Assembly: GCA_029063695.1 (NCBI GenBank)
Contig: JAIDNR010000308.1
Location: forward strand, 1-35,255
DNA length: 35,255 nucleotides
Source: Ruminococcus sp.
GTDB lineage: Bacteria > Bacillota > Clostridia > Oscillospirales > Ruminococcaceae
Direction: 5' to 3'
The notes beneath the pieces are model-generated. The model saw only the letters and a program-made list of their open reading frames with translations, was not told where the DNA came from and ran no database searches. Below, one piece after another: positions 27,307 to 35,255 of this stretch. The translations under genes were made by a program, and so were the position numbers. Every line of letters begins with the position of its first letter. The stretch's first letter is position 1.

Positions 27307-29202
27307 CTATGTACGTTTGAACTGATGGTCTATATTTGATTTCGTCATTGTAAACATAACAGGTCTGCCGTGCGGACAGTGACGTATATTTTCATTGGCA
27401 AGAATCTGCTCAACAAGTGACTTCATTTCCTCAGGAGAGTTTTTATCATTCGCTTTTATTGCCGCTTTGCAAGCCATATTATGAAACATATCATCAAGAA
27501 ACTCTGACTGTGGATTCTGTTTGTGAAGTCTCAGATTATCCGCAACTTCACATATTATATTCTCAATATCAGTATCCATGATAAATGTCGGCACAGCAGT
27601 TGCCGTAATGTACGGACGTTCTGAAAAATCAAATACAAATCCCAGATTTTCAAGAAGTTCCGTATTATTCTCCATAATATCAATTTCTTCGGAAGTAAGA
27701 AGTATTTTTATTCCCGTAAGAAGTGCCTGACTGTACTGCCTGCAATTTCTGCTTCTCAGTCTCTCAAAGATTATACGCTCATGGGCAGCATGCTTGTCTA
27801 CCATAATTATTCTACTCTCAGACTCAGCAAGAATATACAGTCCGAAAGCTTCACCTATTATCTTTATATCGGGCTTTTTTATCTCGGCTGATTTAACATT
27901 CTCAGGTTGAATCTCAACAGGTTCAGCCGGCTTTTCAAAATTCTTGGCACTTATATATTTAAAACTTTCGTACATAGGCTCATCAACTGTACTGACAGGT
28001 TCAGAAATTGTTTTTTCATGCTCTTTTTCCGTACTGCTTTCAGCAAAAACCTGCTCCGTCTTTTTAGGAATTTCAGTAGACTTTTCATTTATACGACTGT
28101 CGGTTATTTCAATCGGACTGAATATTATTTCCTGCTGAACAGTTTCAGTCTTTTCTTTATCAACAGGCTTTTTCCATTCCTGATTCTGCTTTATCTGAAA
28201 TTCATACACTAATCCGTCATTCATGAGTGCATTTTTGACTGCAAAATATACTGCGTCCGTGATTCTTTTTTCGTCGGTGAATCTCACCTCTGCTTTTGAA
28301 GGGTGGATATTAACGTCCATATCATGCGGAGACATTTCTATCATAAGAACACACGACGGAAATTTTCCTGTCATAACCATGTTTTCATAGGCATTTTCAA
28401 GTGCGGTGGAACATAATTTTGAGCGTATATATCTTCCGTTCACAAAGAAATTCTGAAAAGTCCTGTTGCTTCTGGAATAAAGCGGCTTAACTGTATATCC
28501 GCTTATACGGATACCGTTGTATTCGTAATCGACAGGCAGTAAGTCCCTTGCAAAATCCTTGCCATAGACAGCATGGACAGCGGAATAAAGTTCACCGTCG
28601 CCTGCCGAATTAAATTCAATTCTGTTGTCACGTATCATCTTGAATGCAACATCAGGGTGAGAGAGTGTAATTTTCTGCATAATATTGCTTACCGCATTGG
28701 CTTCTGTGACATCTTTTTTCATGAATTTTGCTCTTGCAGGAACATTATAGAACAAATCACGGATAACTATAGTCGTTCCGTCGGGACAGCCGCCTTTTTC
28801 GTGCGAAAGTTCCTCACTTCCAGCAATTGAATAAATCGTACCATAAGTATAGTTTTTCTGCTTTGTCATGAGTTCAACTTTGCCTACAGCCGCTACAGAG
28901 GAAAGTGCCTCACCTCTGAATCCGAGTGTATTTATATTATCCAAATCTTCTTTTGTGAATATCTTGCTTGTTGCGTGACGGAGAAAAGCAGTCGGAACAT
29001 CTTCAAATGACATTCCGCTGCCGTCGTCGGTCACACGCATATATGTAGTACCGCCGTTCTTGATTTCAACAGTAATATGCCCTGCTCCTGCATCTATGGA
29101 ATTTTCCACCAGTTCTTTTATTACAGATGCAGGACGTTCAATAACTTCACCTGCGGCGATAAGTTCGGATATTTCCTTGCTCAGAATATTGATTGATGAC
29201 AT
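27307..29202 (-). CDS. mutL: DNA mismatch repair endonuclease MutL
   Basis: IAAGEVIERPASVIKELVENSIDAG, GFRGEAL, DVNIHPSK, DKHAAHER, ACK, CPHGRP. Confidence 0.96.
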   Translation of the reverse strand: MSSINILSKEISELIAAGEVIERPASVIKELVENSIDAGAGHITVEIKNGGTTYMRVTDDGSGMSFEDVPTAFLRHATSKIFTKEDLDNINTLGFRGEALSSVAAVGKVELMTKQKNYTYGTIYSIAGSEELSHEKGGCPDGTTIVIRDLFYNVPARAKFMKKDVTEANAVSNIMQKITLSHPDVAFKMIRDNRIEFNSAGDGELYSAVHAVYGKDFARDLLPVDYEYNGIRISGYTVKPLYSRSNRTFQNFFVNGRYIRSKLCSTALENAYENMVMTGKFPSCVLMIEMSPHDMDVNIHPSKAEVRFTDEKRITDAVYFAVKNALMNDGLVYEFQIKQNQEWKKPVDKEKTETVQQEIIFSPIEITDSRINEKSTEIPKKTEQVFAESSTEKEHEKTISEPVSTVDEPMYESFKYISAKNFEKPAEPVEIQPENVKSAEIKKPDIKIIGEAFGLYILAESESRIIMVDKHAAHERIIFERLRSRNCRQYSQALLTGIKILLTSEEIDIMENNTELLENLGFVFDFSERPYITATAVPTFIMDTDIENIICEVADNLRLHKQNPQSEFLDDMFHNMACKAAIKANDKNSPEEMKSLVEQILANENIRHCPHGRPVMFTMTKSNIDHQFKRT

Positions 29203-29226
29203 CTGAAAATACTCCCTTTCAGTAAA

Positions 29227-31836
29227 TTATTTCAGCATTTCCGCCATATCTTTCAGAAGTTCACGGCATTCACTGTCAGTAAGTTCTTCTATATTTGTTC
29301 TTTCAAGCATATCAAGTGCGGATTCACGATTCACACTGTTAAAGCTGATTTGTTCATCTGATTTTTTTACAACGGGCTTATCATGTGCGGATTCCATTTC
29401 AAGTAAAATCTCTTTTGCCCTGCTGATTACTTTTACAGGAAGTCCGGCAAGTTTTGCAACGTCCACACCATAACTCTCATCAACTCCGCCGGGAACTATC
29501 TTACGCAGAAATTTTATAGTACCGCCATGCTTATTCACGGCTATACTGTAATTCTTTACGCCGTCAAGTTCATTTTCAAGTCCTATGAGTTCATGATAAT
29601 GAGTAGCAAAAAGAGTCTTACAGCCTAATTTTCTGCTTTCACATATATATTCCGCCACAGCTCTTGCAATACTTACACCGTCAAAAGTTGATGTACCACG
29701 TCCGACTTCATCAAGTATAACAAGGCTGTCATGAGTTGCATTATTGAGAATATCGGCAACTTCACTCATTTCAACCATAAATGTTGACTGTCCTGCCGTA
29801 AGATCGTCCGATGCACCTACACGGGTAAAAATCTTGTCAACAACTGATATTCTTGCGGAATCGGCAGGTACAAAGCAGCCAATCTGTGCCATAAGTACAA
29901 TAAGTGCAGTCTGCCGCATATAAGTTGATTTACCTGACATATTAGGTCCTGTGATAATTGACATTCTGTCGGATTTTGTATCAATATATACGTCATTCGG
30001 AACGAACATTTCATCTTTCAGCATGAGTTCAACAACAGGGTGACGACCGCATTTAATATCAACTGCACCGTCAATTGAAATATCCGGCTTTACATATTGA
30101 TTACGCAATGATACCTCCGCAAACGAACACAGCACGTCCACAGCCGCAACTGCTGATGCCGTTTTCTGGACTTCCGCAAGTCTTGTTGCAATAAAATCAC
30201 GTACTTCCGCAAAAATATCAGCTTCGAGTGCAAGTGCCTTATCTTTTGCACCTAAAATATCATTTTCAGCATTTTTCAGTTCCTCAGTAATGAATCTTTC
30301 GGAGTTTGCAAGGGTCTGCTTACGAATCCAGCCATCGGGAATCAAATCATAGTAAGAACGTGTTACTTCAAGATAATATCCGAAAACCCTGTTGAATCCG
30401 ATTTTAAGATTTTTTATTCCCGTAGCTTCTTTTTCACGCTGTTCTATTCCGTCAATAATCTCCCTGCCGTGACTCATAATATGACGGAGATTGTCAAGTT
30501 CTTTATTGAATCCGTCCTTGATTATACCGCCTTCCTTGACGGATACAGGAGGTTCGTCTATAATCGCATTTTCAACAAGTCTTACTATTTCATTCAAATC
30601 AGAAATATCACTGTTGTATTTCATGAGAAGCTTTGAGTCCATAAAGTTTCCGAGTTCTTTTTTAAGTTCAGGAAGCTGCAATGCAGTCTGTGAAAGCGAC
30701 TTCACATCTCTCGGTGTAGCCGATTTATACATGACTTTAGTCATGAGACGTTCAAGGTCATATGTATGGTCAAGTAAATCGCCAATATCAGACAGTGCAA
30801 CGCTTTTTCTGTAAAGCGATTCAACGGCATCAAGTCTCTCGATAATTCTTGCAGGACTTTTCAACGGCTGTTCAATCCAGTTTTTGAGAAGTCGCCTGCC
30901 CATTGAAGTACGTGTTGAATCAAGCACCCATAACAAAGAACCTTTTTTCTCTTTATTCCTGAGAGTTTCAGTAAGTTCAAGATTACGCCTTGCATTCAGG
31001 TCAAGACCCATAAAGGCATCGCCATTAAGCAGATTTATTGAAGTAAATCTTGAAACAGACGTTTTCTGAGTATCACTGATATAGTCAAAAAGTCCACATA
31101 TTGCAGAGCAGTCCGCACCTTCTTCCGATATTCCCAGTTCAAGAACCGATTTCACTCCAAAAACATCTTCAATATATTTTCTTTTTGTATTCACATCAAA
31201 ACATTCCGTATCACGCAGTGTAACAACACAGTTCAATCTGAGTTTTATAAAGTCGGCAACAGATTTAAGTGATAGAAAACTTTCGGGAAAAATAATCTCG
31301 GCAGGCTGACAGCGTGAAAGCTCATTTATAATACCCGATTCAAGGTCTTTTCCCTGAAAGATACTTAAATCTGCATCACCTGTGGAAATATCAGCCGATG
31401 CAATACTGCCAGTTTTATCCTGTTCGTTATAGAATATACTGCAAATATAGTTGTTTTTTCCATCATCAAGCATACTTGATTCCGTAATAGTACCGGGAGT
31501 GACAACACGGATAACATCACGGACAACAATTCCTTTTGATTCAGAGGGGTCTGTGAGCTGTTCACAGACCGCAACTTTATATCCCAAATCGATAAGTCTT
31601 TTGATATACATATCGCAGGCATGATAAGGTACTCCGCACATAGGTGCACGTTCTTTAAGTCCGCAGTCTCTGCCTGTAAGGGTAATTTCGAGAGCCTTTG
31701 AGACCATGAGAGCATCGTCAAAGAACATCTCATAGAAATCTCCGAGACGGAAAAACAATATACAATCCTTATACTTATCCTTTACTTCAAAATACTGCTG
31801 CATCATGGGCGAAATTTTACTTCTGTCGATTTCCAT
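29227..31836 (-). CDS. mutS: DNA mismatch repair protein MutS
   Basis: PMMQQY, FFRLGDFYEMF, ITGPNMSGKSTYMRQ, GQSTFMVEM, DEVGRGTSTFDG, FATHYHEL. Confidence 0.97.
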   Translation of the reverse strand: MEIDRSKISPMMQQYFEVKDKYKDCILFFRLGDFYEMFFDDALMVSKALEITLTGRDCGLKERAPMCGVPYHACDMYIKRLIDLGYKVAVCEQLTDPSESKGIVVRDVIRVVTPGTITESSMLDDGKNNYICSIFYNEQDKTGSIASADISTGDADLSIFQGKDLESGIINELSRCQPAEIIFPESFLSLKSVADFIKLRLNCVVTLRDTECFDVNTKRKYIEDVFGVKSVLELGISEEGADCSAICGLFDYISDTQKTSVSRFTSINLLNGDAFMGLDLNARRNLELTETLRNKEKKGSLLWVLDSTRTSMGRRLLKNWIEQPLKSPARIIERLDAVESLYRKSVALSDIGDLLDHTYDLERLMTKVMYKSATPRDVKSLSQTALQLPELKKELGNFMDSKLLMKYNSDISDLNEIVRLVENAIIDEPPVSVKEGGIIKDGFNKELDNLRHIMSHGREIIDGIEQREKEATGIKNLKIGFNRVFGYYLEVTRSYYDLIPDGWIRKQTLANSERFITEELKNAENDILGAKDKALALEADIFAEVRDFIATRLAEVQKTASAVAAVDVLCSFAEVSLRNQYVKPDISIDGAVDIKCGRHPVVELMLKDEMFVPNDVYIDTKSDRMSIITGPNMSGKSTYMRQTALIVLMAQIGCFVPADSARISVVDKIFTRVGASDDLTAGQSTFMVEMSEVADILNNATHDSLVILDEVGRGTSTFDGVSIARAVAEYICESRKLGCKTLFATHYHELIGLENELDGVKNYSIAVNKHGGTIKFLRKIVPGGVDESYGVDVAKLAGLPVKVISRAKEILLEMESAHDKPVVKKSDEQISFNSVNRESALDMLERTNIEELTDSECRELLKDMAEMLK

Positions 31837-31868
31837 GAGCGTTCTCCTTTCTTTTTTTCAATAGATTA

Positions 31869-32273
31869 TCAGCCGCAGCCGCCGCAGGTTGCACAGCTTC
31901 CCGAACAGCCTGTTGACGGCTGGCAGGTATCAGGGTCCTCACCGTTTGCACACATTGTAATAATCTGATTCATGTTGTTTACAAGTGCTTCAAGCGAACC
32001 CTGTGCAGCAGTGAAAACAATCATGTTCTTGTTGGACATAATCTGCTTGTAATTGGACTTGATTCCATCATCAAGTTCCTTGATACGCTCCGTATCCTTA
32101 TCGTCCTTTGCGAGTTCCTCGTTGAGCTGTAAACGCATATTCTCAAAGCCGTTGATAAGTGCCTGAAGTACAGTATCATTGTCGTTTGCCTGCTTTGCAA
32201 GCATATACGCTGTGTATCTGTCATCAGCCTGTAAAGCCTTACCGAGTTCTCTTGTCATTTCAATAATATCCAT
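31869..32273 (-). CDS. YlbF/YmcA (RicA/F-like) family regulator with Cys-rich tail
   Basis: IIEMTRELGKALQ helical Com_YlbF-type pattern; directly upstream of mutS like ymcA; tail CSGSCATCGGC. Confidence 0.8.
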   Translation of the reverse strand: MDIIEMTRELGKALQADDRYTAYMLAKQANDNDTVLQALINGFENMRLQLNEELAKDDKDTERIKELDDGIKSNYKQIMSNKNMIVFTAAQGSLEALVNNMNQIITMCANGEDPDTCQPSTGCSGSCATCGGCG

Positions 32274-32307
32274 TTTTAATTTCTCCTTTGAATTAAGTTA
32301 TTTATTT

Positions 32308-33114
32308 TCACGGCGTTAAATCAGTCACACTGATTAATCTGCCGTCATCATCATAAACCAGATTCTCACGTTTAATAAGCGTTTCATTTCCGTTTTCGTC
32401 GTATTCAAGGTAATCCCTTAATATGATACCATTATCAAGATACTGCTTTTCTTTTCTGACAAGCACGGGACTGCCGTTTTCCCATATATAAGTATTGGTT
32501 TCATCGTCAGAATCACTTATTTTATGAAAAACAGTCAGTTCATTGCCAAACGGACTTACAAAATAATTCAGCTTGTCAAGTTCCTGCCATTCCTCAAAAT
32601 AATCAGTATCAGGATTATAGCGAAAATAACGGAAATATGTATTTTTATTGTCTGTTTTCGTTCTTACCGCAATATCATAATAAGAATCACCGTCATAATC
32701 AATTGTTATTACAATATTTTTTATATTATCAGATGATTTTTCTATATCAACTTCAAGTTGTTGGTGAAGTTCGCCTCTGTCACCAATAACATTCAATGTT
32801 TTATAAACGTCCAGTCCTGTATCTGTTACTTCGTATTGAAAATATTCAGTTGACCATATGGGCATTGGTTTTTCTGCAAGATTTTCTGTAACAGGTTCTG
32901 TAGTTTCTACTGTAAAAACCTGACGCTCCACAACCCAGCCGTTACCCAAATCTTCGTATATTTGCACATCTGTTTCAGGCTCAATATCTGTAATTTCTTC
33001 TGTCGGTTCTTCTGTGGTACTTTCCGGTATTTCAGATATAATTTCACTGCCGTCCATATTACCACAACCGACAAGCATAATCATTGAACATAATATAAGT
33101 AAAAATTTTTTCAT
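32308..33114 (-). CDS. Hypothetical lipoprotein
   Basis: MKK + hydrophobic stretch + LVGC lipobox; E/T/P linker; beta-rich domain with DYDGDSYYD loop; AAGGAG RBS. Confidence 0.8.
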   Translation of the reverse strand: MKKFLLILCSMIMLVGCGNMDGSEIISEIPESTTEEPTEEITDIEPETDVQIYEDLGNGWVVERQVFTVETTEPVTENLAEKPMPIWSTEYFQYEVTDTGLDVYKTLNVIGDRGELHQQLEVDIEKSSDNIKNIVITIDYDGDSYYDIAVRTKTDNKNTYFRYFRYNPDTDYFEEWQELDKLNYFVSPFGNELTVFHKISDSDDETNTYIWENGSPVLVRKEKQYLDNGIILRDYLEYDENGNETLIKRENLVYDDDGRLISVTDLTP

Positions 33115-33124
33115 AGTATCTCCT

Positions 33125-35255
33125 TTATGGTGTTACGTCAACAGTACCTGTCACATCACCATTTTTGTCAAGTATATATTTTTCTCTCTTTGCAAGTATT
33201 TCATTGCCGTTGCTGTCGTATTCAAAATAATCAACAAATATATCTTTGCCCTTGCTATACCTTTTTTCCTTTGAAACAGGTACAAGCACATCTCCCGACC
33301 ATTTATACACAGTATCATCCGCATCGACTGCACTTGATTTTGCGTGTACGGAAAGAGTTTTGTCATCATTTATCTTAACATAGAAATATAAATCATCAAG
33401 TTCAGACCAGCTTTCAAAGTATTCAGTATCGGGATTATAGCGAAAGTAACTGCAAACCATATTCGTGGCGAGTGCCTTTGTTACTGATATATCATTATAG
33501 CCGTCGAAATCATAGTCCCTGAACATCAATAAACCTTTAGATTCAAGGTCAAGAAAAGTATCATTAATTGTTACGTCAAGTGACTGATAAAATTTGCCGT
33601 CCGAATATATTTCAACTCCGCCCGATTCTGTAATTTTATACGAAAAATTTTTCTCCTCATTGATAAGCGGTGTAAGTTCAGTAAGAACATTTGTATTGTA
33701 ACAGTCGCCCGTAAATATGTCCACAGCATACCAGCCTGTAGTTACACGGCGGTCGTCGTAATCCTCATAACTGCGAAAAACATAATACGTCCTGTCATCA
33801 AATTTCTGTCTGTTATAATATGAAATATGCCTGTTATCGTACTTTTCAAGACCGTTCCACAAAAGTTCGGACGCTCTGCTTACACTAATTATCCGTGAAT
33901 ATTCGGTGAGTGCTGTATCTATCTCGTCAAAACTGTAATCCCTGCCGAGCGATACATATTCACTGCCTCTGTATTCCGCAAGTTTCGCATTGTACTCATC
34001 TTTTGTTATTTCAGTATCATTAAACTCGTATGTCGCCTGCTCCTCTCCACAATAACCATAATCATTATAAAATTTAGCAATCATATTTATCTGATTGTTT
34101 TCAAGCCGATTGAATATTTCATGTTCAATTCCCTGACCTATATGATAATTCGAAATCGTACCGTTATCCTCATAATATCCGACTTCACCAAATGAACCAC
34201 CTATTCTGCCAAGATATATCAGTCCGTTGTCATATGTATATATATGGCAGGCGGCGGCATGACTGGTATTGGGTGAAATTATAAGTTCGAGTGTTCCGTC
34301 TGTATTCAGGTCATATATTGAAAAAGCTGAACGCTCTATAATGTCACTACCCAAAAAATAGTCATCTGACTCCATAAAATCAAACAGTGCCTGTTTATAT
34401 GCTTTCTGCCAATCGTTTAATTCAGGTATCAGAGGAATATCTATAGCATACAAATAATTACTGCCAACTTCATCTTTCTTATAGGCATATACATAAAGCT
34501 GATATTTAGAGACAAATTCCAGAGTAAAATCTGTGTACTTATTGTCAGAACTGAATTTATATTCAGCCGTTTTTGTATCGTCATCAACGGAAAACAGCGT
34601 TATTACATACTCACCGTTTTCATTTTTCCCCGAAAATACTGCTGCTGTTTTACCGTCCTGCGAAAATGCCACTTTCGGCAAACGCTGTTCTTCTGAAATA
34701 TACTTTGAATCAACATCGGTAATTTCAAGCGTATCAAGATTAAGTCTCGAATACGAAAAATTCCTGCCCGAATAAATCCAGCCTTTGTAGAGTATCAGAT
34801 AATTACCTGCTATATACTGCGGATTATACGGGTAATTCATAGTATATTCCGTATTGTTTTCGATGCGGAATTTCTCACTCGTTTTAAGATTATAGATTCC
34901 ACATTCAATAGTTGATTCTTCACAGATAATACGGTACACAAAACGACTGTCGTCTATTTTGCAAGTAATATCCGCATACACAAATCCGTCATAACTGTCA
35001 GTGCTTATCAGTTCTTTCTGCTCACCTGAAACAGTTTTAAGAATAATATTTCTGTCCTTTTCCATGATTGTACCATGCCCCGACATCTCATAACTAAGTC
35101 CAACCACAAAATTTTTCGGGCGGTACTCTGTATTTTCAGGTACAGTAAGGTCATAAAGTTTTATATTATCTGAAATTTCAGTTACATTAAGGCTGTTGTC
35201 CGAAACTTTTTTAATATTCTTCTCTGTCAGCTTCATAAACGGAATATCAATAATT
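33125..35255 (-). CDS. Large multi-module surface protein, probably 5'-truncated by window edge
   Basis: At least 703 aa; frame stays open upstream of ATG 35236 (IIDIPF) with no RBS; C-terminal module paralogous to the 32308-33114 protein. Confidence 0.75.
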   Translation of the reverse strand, partial: IIDIPFMKLTEKNIKKVSDNSLNVTEISDNIKLYDLTVPENTEYRPKNFVVGLSYEMSGHGTIMEKDRNIILKTVSGEQKELISTDSYDGFVYADITCKIDDSRFVYRIICEESTIECGIYNLKTSEKFRIENNTEYTMNYPYNPQYIAGNYLILYKGWIYSGRNFSYSRLNLDTLEITDVDSKYISEEQRLPKVAFSQDGKTAAVFSGKNENGEYVITLFSVDDDTKTAEYKFSSDNKYTDFTLEFVSKYQLYVYAYKKDEVGSNYLYAIDIPLIPELNDWQKAYKQALFDFMESDDYFLGSDIIERSAFSIYDLNTDGTLELIISPNTSHAAACHIYTYDNGLIYLGRIGGSFGEVGYYEDNGTISNYHIGQGIEHEIFNRLENNQINMIAKFYNDYGYCGEEQATYEFNDTEITKDEYNAKLAEYRGSEYVSLGRDYSFDEIDTALTEYSRIISVSRASELLWNGLEKYDNRHISYYNRQKFDDRTYYVFRSYEDYDDRRVTTGWYAVDIFTGDCYNTNVLTELTPLINEEKNFSYKITESGGVEIYSDGKFYQSLDVTINDTFLDLESKGLLMFRDYDFDGYNDISVTKALATNMVCSYFRYNPDTEYFESWSELDDLYFYVKINDDKTLSVHAKSSAVDADDTVYKWSGDVLVPVSKEKRYSKGKDIFVDYFEYDSNGNEILAKREKYILDKNGDVTGTVDVTP

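Noticed and set aside
1-35255. Other 60-146 aa nested or antisense ORFs; rRNA, tRNA, CRISPR, prophage or integrase genes
   Set aside because: Nested ORFs lie within well-supported genes and show no motifs; the window is almost fully coding and none of these element types was recognised

Overview
AT-rich chromosomal window from a cellulosome-producing Ruminococcus-type firmicute (inferred from the dockerin style and gene order). From 31869 leftwards, almost everything is a housekeeping run on the minus strand: ylbF/ymcA-mutS-mutL-miaA-hfq-HlyD-like-yggS-sepF-ylmH-divIVA-ileS-lspA-rluD-hypothetical-Cof HAD-small ORF-split transketolase-AraC, then an M15-like protein and an orphan OppA-like lipoprotein. 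The left part holds a divergent tetR/glgB pair, a divergent pair of a PL11 rhamnogalacturonan lyase (CBM13 x2, dockerin) and a LacI-sensor/GGDEF-like/AraC regulator, and an ABC-F gene. Two paralogous surface-protein genes lie at the right edge. Most notable is a 619-bp transposase-free cassette (7797-8415) with 23-bp imperfect terminal inverted repeats and an 8-bp target duplication. It is inserted into the terminator shared by the regulator and glgB, and carries one gene with a HEPN-like R-x4-H motif plus a C-terminal membrane anchor. Also notable: an M15B peptidase homologue that has lost its catalytic Glu and two Zn ligands, a 48-aa pilin-like small ORF absent from the ORF track, and IleRS with both signature motifs altered. 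No rRNA, tRNA, CRISPR array, transposase or integrase was seen. All calls are by eye; no database searches were run.
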